Assembly (NCBI GenBank): GCA_041649755.1 | Contig: JBAZMK010000001.1 | Span: 66,826-130,825 of the forward strand | DNA: 64,000 bases | Direction of reading: 5' to 3' | Source: Candidatus Pacearchaeota archaeon | GTDB taxonomy: Archaea; Nanobdellota; Nanobdellia; Pacearchaeales; GW2011-AR1 | Shown: positions 25,896 through 36,265 of the stretch, one piece after another | Layout: every line of letters starts with the position of its first letter | How positions within the stretch are numbered: the first letter of the stretch is position 1 | The notes under the pieces: model-generated | Told to the model about the DNA's origin: nothing | Database searches by the model: none | Seen by the model: the letters and a program-made list of their open reading frames with translations, nothing else | Translations under genes and position numbers: made by a program

Positions 25896-27745
25896 GAAGA
25901 AATTAATTTTTTCATGTCTTCATTAATAAAATAAGTCGGTTTTTTTCCTGAATAAGTCAAGTGCAGGCAATCTCTTGCTCGTGAAATTGCCACGTAAAAA
26001 AGTCTTTTTTCTTCTTCTTCGCGGTCATAATCGTTTGATTTTATTAATTCAATTGCAGGATTGTCGTTAGCCTTACAAGGAAAATTCTGGTCGTTGCAAC
26101 CCACTACAAAAACTTTTTTTGCTTGGAGACCTTTTATTGAATGAATTGTCGCGAGAAGAACACCTTCTAATGAAAATTCATTTGGTTCTTTCAATTCATC
26201 AGTCTTTATCGTATGAGGAATCTTTTTTTCAACCATAATTTTTGATAGTTCTATAACCTGTCTGTTTGTTCTTGCCAACACAAAAATATCAGTAGGAAGA
26301 AGATTAGAGTTTAATATTTCTTTTATAACATAATTCTTTTCTTCTTCTTCACTATCAAAACCTAAGAGAGTTATCTTCGGGCTTCCTTGTCTATGATTTT
26401 GTAAATCCGGAAGCCCCAAATCTTTTATAGAGTGATTCATAAATTCTACGATTTCTTTTAAGCTCCGGTAATTTTTTGAAAGGTGGATAACTTCTGAACG
26501 ACCAAAATCATCCTCAAAGTTTAAAATGTATTTTATGTCCGAACCGCGCCAGCCAAAAATTGCCTGACGAGGGTCCCCAACTGAAAAAAGATTTTCTGGA
26601 TTTAAAAGTTTAAGAAGTTTGACTTGCATAGCATTTACGTCCTGATATTCATCTACTAAAATATGCTCAAATTTTGGTATGAAAATTTTATTTTTCTCAA
26701 GGAAATTAATCGCATCGATTAATTGGTCTGTAAAATCTCTAAGCCCTTGTGTATCCATATAATCTTTTAAAAGTCTGCTTATTTGATAAACCATTTTAGC
26801 ATTTTGTTTATCTTTTTGTTCAGCTCCCTTAGAAAAATCATAATTCTCACCAGTTACTTTAAAGTATTCAATTACCGAAAAGCAATCATTCATAAAACTA
26901 CTTATAAGTTGATTTGGTGTTTTGAATTCTTTTTGTTTTTTTGAAAAATACTCGTTGACCGCTTCTTCCATATCAATACCAAGAGCTGATAAAGAAATAT
27001 TCATAGCCAAAATTTTGTCGGCATAAGTTATAACTCTTACAGGTTTTCCGTAAACATTATGTCCATATTTCCTTAGGATTTCTTCGCAAAATGAATTAAA
27101 TGTGTGAACATTTATTCCTTCAATGTTTATATTTTTTAATCTCTTCTCCATTTCTTTTTTTGCCTTTCTTGTAAAAGTTATAGCGAGGATTTTATTTGGG
27201 CTTATATTTTTATGTTTGACTAAAAACTCTATTCTTTTAATTAATACAGAAGTCTTCCCAGAACCCGCCCCGGCTACACAAAGAACCCTTTTAGATTGAG
27301 ATACTATTGCCTTTCTTTGTTCGTCGTTATATTTTTTTAGAAAACTACCAAAGCTTTTGAAATAATCTCTTTCTTCTTCGGTTACAAGGCTCTTACTAAA
27401 ATTTAGCTTATATTTCAATTTTTTATTTGTCAGAGTCTGGTGAACTATCTCGTTTTGACCTTTAATTGTTATTCTTAAAACTTTAACGAAACGATTATAG
27501 TCGCTGATTCTTTGTTCAATCATTCCATTTGCGATTAAATTATTTATCTCATTATGAACTTTTTCTTTTTCCCAGTTTAATGAGCCAAAATTTTGAAGTT
27601 CATCAAGACGATTTTTTGTGATAGAGGCATTCTTGTAATTCCCTACTAAGAAATCAACCAATAGATTTTTACCCACTGAAAAAGGAATCTCTATTAAGGC
27701 TTTTAAAATTTTTAGATATCCTAATGAATCCGTCTTTTTTTCCAT
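25892..27745 (-). CDS. UvrD/Rep-family (SF1) DNA helicase with an extra ~150-aa N-terminal domain
   Basis: Walker A AGAGSGKTSVL; motifs II/III (VDEYQD, GDPRQAIFGWRGSD); C-terminal VAISRARD. Confidence 0.8.
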   Translation of the reverse strand: MEKKTDSLGYLKILKALIEIPFSVGKNLLVDFLVGNYKNASITKNRLDELQNFGSLNWEKEKVHNEINNLIANGMIEQRISDYNRFVKVLRITIKGQNEIVHQTLTNKKLKYKLNFSKSLVTEEERDYFKSFGSFLKKYNDEQRKAIVSQSKRVLCVAGAGSGKTSVLIKRIEFLVKHKNISPNKILAITFTRKAKKEMEKRLKNINIEGINVHTFNSFCEEILRKYGHNVYGKPVRVITYADKILAMNISLSALGIDMEEAVNEYFSKKQKEFKTPNQLISSFMNDCFSVIEYFKVTGENYDFSKGAEQKDKQNAKMVYQISRLLKDYMDTQGLRDFTDQLIDAINFLEKNKIFIPKFEHILVDEYQDVNAMQVKLLKLLNPENLFSVGDPRQAIFGWRGSDIKYILNFEDDFGRSEVIHLSKNYRSLKEIVEFMNHSIKDLGLPDLQNHRQGSPKITLLGFDSEEEEKNYVIKEILNSNLLPTDIFVLARTNRQVIELSKIMVEKKIPHTIKTDELKEPNEFSLEGVLLATIHSIKGLQAKKVFVVGCNDQNFPCKANDNPAIELIKSNDYDREEEEKRLFYVAISRARDCLHLTYSGKKPTYFINEDMKKLISS

Positions 27746-27768
27746 TATAATAAATTTTCAGAAGGTTT

Positions 27769-28386
27769 TTAACTTTTGTGCAAGTCTTTTTGTATAATTA
27801 GGTTAATGTTTCTTTCTTCCCAAGATTTTAAAATTTTGAAGCCAATATTTTCTACAATCTCCTCCAGCTCTTTTTTATCATAAATATAAGTATACCTATT
27901 TATTTTGGTTTTTTCTTTAACTGTCCATGGAACAAAACATTCTTTCTCTTTTGACCTTAATCTCGGAGAGTTTTTACCCCAAACAGAAATCAAAGCCTGA
28001 CTTTTTGGTTTTAAAACACGATAAATTTCTTTGATTGTTTCTTCTCTTTTTTTGTCTGAGTCTACACAATGAAGAACGGCATAACAAAGAACATAATTAA
28101 AATAATTATCTTCGTAAGGTATTTTAACGGAGTCTGATTTTTTTAGTTCAATATTTATCCCCTTATTTTTTGCTGAGATTTTCGCGTAATCTAACATTTT
28201 TTTAGAAAAATCTATTCCAAACCATTTTAATCCCTTTATCTTAATAAAATTTCTGCCACTACCACACCCAATATCTAAAACCCTTCCTTTCTTTTCTCTG
28301 AGAAATTTTTCTACGGTGGGCGAAATTTTTGTTCTAAATTCTTTCCAATGCACAGCTATCTCGTTCCAGATTTCTTCTTGATTCAT
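27769..28386 (-). CDS. Class I SAM-dependent methyltransferase
   Basis: Motif I VLDIGCGSG. Confidence 0.75.
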   Translation of the reverse strand: MNQEEIWNEIAVHWKEFRTKISPTVEKFLREKKGRVLDIGCGSGRNFIKIKGLKWFGIDFSKKMLDYAKISAKNKGINIELKKSDSVKIPYEDNYFNYVLCYAVLHCVDSDKKREETIKEIYRVLKPKSQALISVWGKNSPRLRSKEKECFVPWTVKEKTKINRYTYIYDKKELEEIVENIGFKILKSWEERNINLIIQKDLHKS

Positions 28387-28393
28387 AATTATT

Positions 28394-28543
28394 TTAACTT
28401 AAATAACTAGGAATTATCTGTAAAACGCCGTAAATCAATAACCAGATACCAATTGCATAGTTGATTATCTTTGGAAAAATAAGGATAATTAACCCTGCAA
28501 CTATTGCGGTCAATGCACTTAGCGTTAAGATTAGTTCTACCAT
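28394..28543 (-). CDS. Small (49 aa) two-helix membrane protein with an SD (GGAGGT); missed by the ORF track
   Basis: MVELILTLSALTAIVAGLIILIFPKIINYAIGIWLLIYGVLQIIPSYLS; GGAGGTTAAATG upstream. Confidence 0.3.
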   Translation of the reverse strand: MVELILTLSALTAIVAGLIILIFPKIINYAIGIWLLIYGVLQIIPSYLS

Positions 28544-28623
28544 TTAACCTCCGTATTAAACTAAACAGAAGGTTATAAATAATTATCTATAGAATTATAA
28601 ATTGATTTGGAATAAAAAGATAT

Positions 28624-29973
28624 ATGATTAAACCAACGAAAACCATTTCAGGGGTTGCGCCTGTTGCTGTAATGCTCCCACCTAGAAAGTGTCCTCATGG
28701 GGCTTGCCTTTATTGTCCAACGCTTAATGCCCCCCAATCATATACTCCTGAAAGTCCTGCCGTTCTTAGGGCAAAATCCTGCGATTATGACCCGTATAAT
28801 CAGGTTAGGGCAAGAATAAAAATGCTGAAAGAGATGGGACATTCCGTGGGGAAGATAGAACTTATAATTATGGGGGGGACTTTTCTCGCTTATCCGAGAG
28901 ATTTTCAGATTGATTTTATAAAAAGTTGTTATGATGCCTTAAATGAAAAGAAATCTAAGTCGCTTGAAAAAGCGAAGAAATTTAATGAAACAGCAAAATA
29001 CCGATGTACTGCGCTTTGTATTGAAACTCGTCCAGATTTTTGTACTGAGGTGCATATAAAAGATATGCTTATGTTTGGAGCTACAAGGGTTGAATTGGGA
29101 GTTCAGGCAATAGATGATGAAATTTATGTTAAAGTTAACAGGGGACACAGAGTTTCAGATGTTATTGGGGCAACAAGAAGGTTGAAAAAAGCAGGATTTA
29201 AGATAGGATACCACTTAATGCCCGGAATCCCGGGGAGTAATGTTAAAAAGGATTTGAAGATGTTTAAGAGAATATTTTCTTCAAAAGACTTCAGACCAGA
29301 CCAAATTAAAATTTATCCCTGTCAGGTTTTGAAAGGGTCTGGATTAGAGAATCTTTATTATAATAAAGAATATGTTCCCTATACAAAAGAAGATACAAAG
29401 AGGCTTTTAATAAAAATGATGAAGTTAACTCCGAGATACTGCAGGATAATGAGAATAATGCGTGAGATTCCTCCGTTTTATTTAGTCTCTGGGATAAAAA
29501 ATATTGATTTAAGAAAGGAAGTTGAAGAAGAAATAAGAAAGAAAAAATTTAAAATAAAAGAGATTCGGTTTCGGGAAATTGGTTTTGCTTTAAGAGATAA
29601 GAGAGTTATTAAAGGAAATTTAGGAATAAGAGTTAAAAAATATTCTGCTTCCGATGGAAAGGAGTACTTTATAGAGGCTGTGAATGGCGATGACCTCCTT
29701 TTTGGGCTTCTTCGTTTAAGAATTGAAAAAAAAAGAAAACTTCCTGCAATGATTAGAGAGTTGCATGTTTATGGACCTACATTAGACGTAGGCAAGAAAG
29801 CAACAGAAGAATATCAGCACAGAGGCCTTGGAAGAGAATTATTAAAGAAGGCGGAGTCAATAGTTAAAAGAGGAAGTGTAAAGATAATCGCAGGAGTTGG
29901 TGTTAGAGAGTACTATAAGAATTTTGGATATAATTTAGATAAAGAAGGAATTTATATGGAAAAATTACTCTGA
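28624..29973 (+). CDS. elp3: Elp3 homologue (radical SAM + GNAT; tRNA wobble uridine modification)
   Basis: Radical SAM cluster CPHGACLYCP, TRPD motif, C-terminal GNAT domain (HRGLGRELL). Confidence 0.9.
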   Translation: MIKPTKTISGVAPVAVMLPPRKCPHGACLYCPTLNAPQSYTPESPAVLRAKSCDYDPYNQVRARIKMLKEMGHSVGKIELIIMGGTFLAYPRDFQIDFIKSCYDALNEKKSKSLEKAKKFNETAKYRCTALCIETRPDFCTEVHIKDMLMFGATRVELGVQAIDDEIYVKVNRGHRVSDVIGATRRLKKAGFKIGYHLMPGIPGSNVKKDLKMFKRIFSSKDFRPDQIKIYPCQVLKGSGLENLYYNKEYVPYTKEDTKRLLIKMMKLTPRYCRIMRIMREIPPFYLVSGIKNIDLRKEVEEEIRKKKFKIKEIRFREIGFALRDKRVIKGNLGIRVKKYSASDGKEYFIEAVNGDDLLFGLLRLRIEKKRKLPAMIRELHVYGPTLDVGKKATEEYQHRGLGRELLKKAESIVKRGSVKIIAGVGVREYYKNFGYNLDKEGIYMEKLL

Positions 29974-30126
29974 AGGTTTTCTATAGTCTATAGGGTCTGC
30001 TTCTGATACTTCAAATATTCTTACTTTGTAAGGAGCGTAGTTTGGGCAAAATCTATTCCCCTCGTCTGGGATGCAATGTGGACAAGTCCCCTTTAGGTAA
30101 CCTAAACAATGTTCAATCGTTTTCAT
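29965..30126 (-). CDS. Small (53 aa) Cys4 zinc-ribbon protein; missed by the ORF track
   Basis: MKTIEHCLGYLKGTCPHCIPDEGNRFCPNYAPYK...; convergent with and overlapping the elp3 stop. Confidence 0.35.
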   Translation of the reverse strand: MKTIEHCLGYLKGTCPHCIPDEGNRFCPNYAPYKVRIFEVSEADPIDYRKPSE

Positions 30127-30143
30127 ATTAGATTCTAATTTAT

Positions 30144-30662
30144 TTATCTTCCTTCAATTTGTAAGAATGCCTTTATTTCATTTACAAGAGTTTTTGTTTT
30201 GCTTTCAAGTCGGTCTTCATATTCTTCAATTGTTGTTCTAATAATATACTTCTCATAAATCCCCCTCATAAATTTCCACAAGGGTTTTTTCTCCCAGCTA
30301 TCTTCATAGTCCCTTACAATATTCGCCTTTATAGTAATCTTAACCTCTCCTTTGTTTGTGCTTTCTTTTTTGCCTTCCCTTTCTATCTCCGCATCTTTCA
30401 TCCCGATTATATGCCAACTTACTTCAACAAGATTCTTAAAATAATCCGTAACCTTCTTAGAAGCTTCCCATTTAAGGATTATTTCTTTTCCTGCACTAGA
30501 AACTTTCTCTGTATACTCTTTTTCTTTGATGTTATATCCTTCGTCTTCAAACCAATTAAAACAGAAATTATAAAGTTCTGTATAATTCCAGTAGCCTTTT
30601 TGTTTAATACTCTGGTTATATACCTCACTCTTTTCTGCCATTGTCAATATAAATACATTCAA
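30144..30662 (-). CDS. Hypothetical protein (172 aa)
   Basis: ORF only. Confidence 0.4.
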   Translation of the reverse strand: MNVFILTMAEKSEVYNQSIKQKGYWNYTELYNFCFNWFEDEGYNIKEKEYTEKVSSAGKEIILKWEASKKVTDYFKNLVEVSWHIIGMKDAEIEREGKKESTNKGEVKITIKANIVRDYEDSWEKKPLWKFMRGIYEKYIIRTTIEEYEDRLESKTKTLVNEIKAFLQIEGR

Positions 30663-30682
30663 TATATAAATGTTTTGAGTTC

Positions 30683-33199
30683 TTAATTTTTACAGGATAA
30701 AGCCCCAACTGCGACGCCTGGTTTCCCGTTAACACTTCCATCGCAGGCGGAACTCGACATCATCGGATGATACGCACTAGTCAGATTAATCCTATGAGGG
30801 CTTCCGTAATCTCCTGATGCTCCAGTAGAAGGATACTGGAAACTATAAGTGTCAAATAAATCCCCTCCAATAAAAAATTCTTCTGAATTTTCAAAATAAT
30901 CTGGGTCACTTGTAGCACCATTAGTGTCTGTGAGAATTTTGGAATTACTATTTAAGTCACTTTCTCCAAGCCAGCCTCCTGCAGACGAGCCTGCCCACAC
31001 ACTATAGATTATATTTCTATCTTCGTTTATACTTGCAAGATCTCCTGAGATCATCCCTGCAACAATATTATCGTAAAAATAAATTGAATTTTTATCGGAA
31101 TTCGTTGCAAAATAGAGATTAACTCCCCCAGAATATCTCCAACTATTTGTTTGAGGAGGATTTTCTCTCCATCTCCCTATTATAGTATTATTCCTAAATG
31201 TAAAATTATGACCCATGTCTGAAAGCCAAACTGTATTTATGTTTACACTATCATAAATCAAGTTACCCTCAACAATCATATTCGAATAACCAATCTCTTC
31301 ATAAGTTCTGTCATAGAACATTAGTGCGGAGGACCTACCAAAACCATGAAATATGTTGTTCCTAATAACAAACGGCTGCCCCCTAACTTCAATAGAAGAA
31401 CCATGAAAGTCTCCCCCAATAGTCTGATAATAAACCTCATTTCCTTCAATCAACACAACATCATCTTTTATTCCTTCAATAGCCATACCTGATTCTGCAA
31501 TGTGGTGAAAGTAATTATTTCGAATAATGATTCCTTTTTTATAACCCCCATCTATACCTACCCCTCTTATAACCCCTGTAATTTCACAATTTTCTACAAC
31601 TATCTCTTCTCTATCATTATTGTCAGAAATATCTCTTCTTGTTATAATCCCACTATAATCCCAAGAACTCCTAGGAAAATTGTCCTCGCCATTTCCCTCT
31701 AAATACATATTCTTAAAATGAAGATTATCAGAATCTCTAATTAAAATCAAGTGGCTTGCAGTTGTTCCTCCATGAACGACGTGCAGACCATCAAACTCAG
31801 CGTATCTATGAATATCTCTACTGAAACCTATACCTGTAAAAACAGGAGGATTGCTGGAAGACTCCGCCTTATAAACAACTTTTCTATCCCAGCCAAGTCT
31901 ATTAATATTACTACTAAATCCTACACCACCATAATTTCCTCCCTTTAATAAGAAAGTAATCATCTCATTAAGGTGAGAATCTGCATAACTTATTGCTTCG
32001 CTCATACTAAATTCATTACCTACCGTTCCTGTATGGCTTCCAGCCCCAGTTAGGGAGACATAAAAAATATCCCCACTCCCCTGAACAACACACTGTCCAT
32101 TAACACAAATTTCTCCTGAAGAGCAAGTTTGTCCGTTTGTTCTGTCCAGACACCCATCACTCCCTAGAATGCAAGTGTACGGCGTATTGCCTTCGCAGAA
32201 ACTTCCTGCAGAAGAACATCCTGCGTCATTAGTACACTCAAGGATTACACATTGTCCGTTAGAATCGCATTCTTCACTGACTCCGCATCCTGGAGGACAA
32301 GTTCCCCCGCAACCATCATCACCACACTCTTTACCCGAACAAGAAGGAACACAAGTTTCGTCTGTCACAACCAGATTTCCTGAAACAACTTCTTCACTCC
32401 CTTGATTGCTTAACTCGGCTTCAAAATGATAAGTCCCTGTTTGAATGACTCCGTCCTGCCTTTGACCAGCAACCCAGTTCATTGAAGTGCTTGAAATACC
32501 GACGAACACAATCTGATTAAACCAGTTGAAAGGATTCCAGCTTAATTCTCCTTGTTTTATAATCACATAATTAATTAACTCATTCTGACAATTACTTCCT
32601 TCTACGATTAGTCTAACAAAACTTTCCTTGGTAGCCGAAGAAGTGTTCCAGTAAGTAGTTGTTAAATCACATTCTCCCGTTCCTCCAGAACTTCCGCCTG
32701 AACCGGACGTAGAAGGTGAGATGTATCCTCCTGAAGGATTTTTCGTCGACAAATCTTTCTTAGGAATCTTCTCTATTACAAGTTCGCTTAAGACTCCACT
32801 TTCACTTCCACCCTCATAAACTGCAATAAGCTTAACAACTAAAAGTTCGCCATAAGAAGAATAATTTGTGAAGTTAAAATTGTAGACTTTCTTTTCATTT
32901 AGGCTGATAATTTCTTCTGATCGATAATAGAGGTTATCGTTTTCCATTTCAAATATCAGCCTAAATCCTGCAATTTTAGCTTCGTCGACTCCCCGTTTTA
33001 TCTGGATTTCAGCCAGCCGATTTTCTGAGTCCCACGCCGTATAACCACTACTCACTATTTCAAGACTGACCATTGCTTCAAATGAAGACAAATCTTTTAG
33101 CATCGGCAGAACAACGAGCCAAAGTATACTTATCGCCGCAATCGTGATAAGAATTATAAGAACTGTAGCAATAACTTGTGACACTGCCCTCTTTTTCAT
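30683..33199 (-). CDS. Large secreted protein with an archaeal type IV pilin-like (class III) signal peptide, a Cys-rich module and parallel beta-helix (PbH1) repeats
   Basis: N-terminus MKKRAVSQVIATVLIILITIAAIS (prepilin-like); Cys-rich CVPSCSGKECGDDGCGGTCPPGCGVSEECDSNGQCV...; beta-helix repeats NNYFHHIAESGMAIEG, IEGNEVYY, IRNNIFHG, VEGNLIYD. Confidence 0.65.
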   Translation of the reverse strand: MKKRAVSQVIATVLIILITIAAISILWLVVLPMLKDLSSFEAMVSLEIVSSGYTAWDSENRLAEIQIKRGVDEAKIAGFRLIFEMENDNLYYRSEEIISLNEKKVYNFNFTNYSSYGELLVVKLIAVYEGGSESGVLSELVIEKIPKKDLSTKNPSGGYISPSTSGSGGSSGGTGECDLTTTYWNTSSATKESFVRLIVEGSNCQNELINYVIIKQGELSWNPFNWFNQIVFVGISSTSMNWVAGQRQDGVIQTGTYHFEAELSNQGSEEVVSGNLVVTDETCVPSCSGKECGDDGCGGTCPPGCGVSEECDSNGQCVILECTNDAGCSSAGSFCEGNTPYTCILGSDGCLDRTNGQTCSSGEICVNGQCVVQGSGDIFYVSLTGAGSHTGTVGNEFSMSEAISYADSHLNEMITFLLKGGNYGGVGFSSNINRLGWDRKVVYKAESSSNPPVFTGIGFSRDIHRYAEFDGLHVVHGGTTASHLILIRDSDNLHFKNMYLEGNGEDNFPRSSWDYSGIITRRDISDNNDREEIVVENCEITGVIRGVGIDGGYKKGIIIRNNYFHHIAESGMAIEGIKDDVVLIEGNEVYYQTIGGDFHGSSIEVRGQPFVIRNNIFHGFGRSSALMFYDRTYEEIGYSNMIVEGNLIYDSVNINTVWLSDMGHNFTFRNNTIIGRWRENPPQTNSWRYSGGVNLYFATNSDKNSIYFYDNIVAGMISGDLASINEDRNIIYSVWAGSSAGGWLGESDLNSNSKILTDTNGATSDPDYFENSEEFFIGGDLFDTYSFQYPSTGASGDYGSPHRINLTSAYHPMMSSSACDGSVNGKPGVAVGALSCKN

Positions 33200-33273
33200 T
33201 TTATTTTTTAGGACAAGGAGTTTAAATAACTAACGGTAGGTAAGTTTAAATTCGTTCATGCCTTGAGAGTTTT

Positions 33274-34053
33274 ATGGTAAATATAAAACTCGGCCCCGCA
33301 GGATTGGGTCCTGTAAGTGAAGCTTTTTCTAATCTTGAGGAGATTTATAATAAGGGGCTGCAAGCTTGTGAGACTGAGTTTGTCAGACAAATTTATATAA
33401 AAAAAGAAGACGCGATAGAAATAGGGAAAAAAGCAAAAGAATTGGGAATAGTATTGTCTATTCATGCACCTTATTATGTCAATCTTAATTCAAAGGAAAT
33501 TGAAAAAGTAAATGCAAGTAAAGAGAGAATATTAAAATGCTGTGAAATCGGTCAGTATTTGGGTGCTAAACAGGTTGTTTTTCATCCAGGTTATTATGGA
33601 GACCTTTCAAAGGAAGAAACTTTCAAGAACATAAAAGAAAGGATAACTGAGATGATGGAAGTGATTAAGAAGAATAAATGGGATGTAGAGATTTGTCCAG
33701 AGACTATGGGAAAAGTAAATGTTTTTGGTTCAATCGAAGACATTTCTAATCTTGCTAAGGAAACAGGTTGCAGTTTTTGTATTGATTTCGCACATATTTT
33801 AGCAAGATACAAAGAAAACAAATTTGATGAAATTGAAAAATTTTTCCCACAAAAAAGATGGCATTGTCATTTTTCAGGAATTGAATACGGAGAAAAAGGT
33901 GAGAAAAAACATCTTGTGACCAGCGAAGAAAATTGGAAAGGGCTCTTTAACTTTTTGAAGAATCTTGACAAAGAGATTGTAATAATTAACGAAAGCCCCC
34001 GAAGTTTAGAAGACAGTGTTAATGGTTTAAAAATCCTGAATAAGATGGATTAA
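33274..34053 (+). CDS. nfo: AP endonuclease, endonuclease IV family (xylose isomerase-like TIM barrel)
   Basis: IHAPYYVNLNS, HPGYYG and metal-ligand His/Glu/Asp pattern of Endo IV. Confidence 0.75.
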   Translation: MVNIKLGPAGLGPVSEAFSNLEEIYNKGLQACETEFVRQIYIKKEDAIEIGKKAKELGIVLSIHAPYYVNLNSKEIEKVNASKERILKCCEIGQYLGAKQVVFHPGYYGDLSKEETFKNIKERITEMMEVIKKNKWDVEICPETMGKVNVFGSIEDISNLAKETGCSFCIDFAHILARYKENKFDEIEKFFPQKRWHCHFSGIEYGEKGEKKHLVTSEENWKGLFNFLKNLDKEIVIINESPRSLEDSVNGLKILNKMD

Positions 34054-34290
34054 ACTTATGGAGTTAGCAGAACTGACGAAGTCTCTTGCAACCTGAGTTA
34101 AGTACTTTTCATCTTCTTCTGAAATTGGACTTTCCCTACAATGCAAAACTTCTTCAGCAAATTGTTTCACACTAAGTTCTCTTCCGCATTCTGGACATTT
34201 ATGATGCCCTGTTGGTAATCTTATTAGAGGATTCCCCTCGTTAGGACATAAATATCTTTTTTCATTAATATGTTCATCTACAGGACTCAT
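34027..34290 (-). CDS. Small zinc-ribbon protein
   Basis: CPNEGNPLIRLPTGHHKCPECGRE. Confidence 0.4.
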   Translation of the reverse strand: MSPVDEHINEKRYLCPNEGNPLIRLPTGHHKCPECGRELSVKQFAEEVLHCRESPISEEDEKYLTQVARDFVSSANSISLIHLIQDF

Positions 34291-34583
34291 TTTATTCCGT
34301 TCTCTTTTTTTAAATCTTCTTTTTGGTCTTTCTCTTCCTGAATCATTCTCTCACGAAGTTCACTTATTCTTTCAAGAGTCCTTCTGGCTTTTTCTGGGTC
34401 ATCTCTTGCAACATTTAATACATAGAGAATTTTTCTAAGAATGTCATCGTATGATTCTCGTTTGTGCTCTCTCAACTTTTCAATACGATTTTTTGTTTCT
34501 TCAAGTAACTTTATCGTTGTTATCTTGTTATCCTCATTGGACAATTTTTTATTACTCATTTTTACAATATTTAGTATACGCAA
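34287..34583 (-). CDS. Small coiled-coil protein, possibly RHH-like
   Basis: ORF; TIKLLEETKNRIEKLRE pattern; charged. Confidence 0.3.
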   Translation of the reverse strand: MRILNIVKMSNKKLSNEDNKITTIKLLEETKNRIEKLREHKRESYDDILRKILYVLNVARDDPEKARRTLERISELRERMIQEEKDQKEDLKKENGIK

Positions 34584-34677
34584 GTATACTTTTTAAACTT
34601 TTTCGTCCTTTAAAAATTACAACAATGCCAAGGTTTAAATACTTATTTTCTTAATTATAAGTAACTAAATTGGTAAA

Positions 34678-35868
34678 ATGAAAATGAAAAGAAATTTGCT
34701 TTTTGTTCCTTTTGTTGCAGTTTTAACTCTTTTAATGGTAAGTGTTTCATCTGCATCTGAGCTTGCTTCTGACTTAGAAACAAGCTTTAATGGAGTAGAT
34801 CTGGACTCTTATACTGTAATGTCCGGTATGACTGGCAATACAGTTCCTGTAAAAGTTACATTTACTGCATTAGAAGATATGAGTGAAGTAAGAGTTCATA
34901 TCAGAATGGAAGGACATCGTGAAGAAGTTTCCACTTCAACAGCAAGATTTGATATTGTTGATGGAGTTACATATACAAAACTTCTAAACTTAAGGCTTCC
35001 TAGTGATGAAAAAGATTTGACAAGAGAGTATACTCTTTATGTTGAAATCTCTTCAGCAAAAGACAGAACAGAAGAAGAATACACAATTCAAATGCAAAGA
35101 GAATCCTATCAGCTTGATATCCTTGCTATTGATTGCAATTCACTGGTTTCCGCGGGCGAAGTTGTTCCGGTAACAGTTGTTGTAAAAAATACAGGTTATA
35201 ATGATGCTGATGATGTCTTCATTACAGCTTCAATTCCTTCACTGGATCTTTCAGCAAGGACTTATGTCGGTGAATTAGTTTCCACTGATGAAGATGATGA
35301 AGATGATGAGGTTTCCGTTTCCAAGACTTTGTATATCAAAGTTCCTGAAAACGCTCAAGGCACTTATGAACTTGAAGTTTCGGTATATAACCTAGACTCA
35401 AAAACAAGTGCAAAGAAATTGATTAGTGTTTCTGAATCTGGTGCGGTTAGTGTTTTAACTGCAGTTAAGAACAAGGATCTAAAGGCCGGAGAAACAGTCA
35501 CATACGAGTTGATTTTAATCAATTCTGGTGAAAATGTAAAAGCTTTCAACATAAAGGAAGTTTCCGGAAGCGATTTAACTGTATCCGTTCCTTCAATAGT
35601 TGTTGTTGGACCGCATTCAAGTGAAACCGTTTCTATTGTTGTAACAGCTTCTGACTCTGCTTCTATTGGAACATATACATTCACAATAGAAGTTGAAGGA
35701 AAACAAACTGTCTTCGGTGCAAATGTAATCGGGACATCTGTATCCAATTCTGTTGTCGCTTTGACTGTGATATTGGTTATAGTTTTTATCGTTCTGCTTG
35801 CAGTTTTGATAATCCTCTTAACTAGAAAGGAAAAACCAATCGAAGAAGTAGAAACAAGCTACTATTAA
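34678..35868 (+). CDS. Secreted surface protein with repeated Ig/CARDB-like beta-sandwich segments and a C-terminal TM anchor
   Basis: Signal MKMKRNLLFVPFVAVLTLLMVSVSSASE; acidic DEDDEDDE stretch; C-terminal TM VVALTVILVIVFIVLLAVLIILLTRKEK. Confidence 0.55.
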   Translation: MKMKRNLLFVPFVAVLTLLMVSVSSASELASDLETSFNGVDLDSYTVMSGMTGNTVPVKVTFTALEDMSEVRVHIRMEGHREEVSTSTARFDIVDGVTYTKLLNLRLPSDEKDLTREYTLYVEISSAKDRTEEEYTIQMQRESYQLDILAIDCNSLVSAGEVVPVTVVVKNTGYNDADDVFITASIPSLDLSARTYVGELVSTDEDDEDDEVSVSKTLYIKVPENAQGTYELEVSVYNLDSKTSAKKLISVSESGAVSVLTAVKNKDLKAGETVTYELILINSGENVKAFNIKEVSGSDLTVSVPSIVVVGPHSSETVSIVVTASDSASIGTYTFTIEVEGKQTVFGANVIGTSVSNSVVALTVILVIVFIVLLAVLIILLTRKEKPIEEVETSYY

Positions 35869-36037
35869 ATTATTTTTTAATTTCCTCTTTATTTTTTATG
35901 AGGATTTTTCTTTTTAAAAAAGTTTAAATTTAAAAAAATTGAGATTATATGAATATTTTTTTACTTGACAAAAACCCTGAAAAGTGTGCGAAATACCATT
36001 GTGACAAACATGTCGTGAAAATGATACTTGAAAGTGT

Positions 36038-36259
36038 GTGATTGAATATAATATTTTTAAAAAAGTTGGGTATTGTTACTTTTTTATAGATAATTGGATT
36101 TTAATGAATCAATTGCTGAGACAAGTTAAGGAAGGAATTGAATATAAAGTAAGTACCCCTGAGGGATTGAGAGATTTCGAGAGAAGGTATCAAATGGCTG
36201 TTGCAGAAATTGATGCGGTTACGGCAAGGTATGTTGCAAGAGTTGAATTTGGGAGATAG
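36038..36259 (+). CDS. Hypothetical small protein (73 aa), low confidence
   Basis: ORF in a convergent intergenic gap. Confidence 0.2.
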   Translation: MIEYNIFKKVGYCYFFIDNWILMNQLLRQVKEGIEYKVSTPEGLRDFERRYQMAVAEIDAVTARYVARVEFGR

Positions 36260-36265
36260 TTTAGT

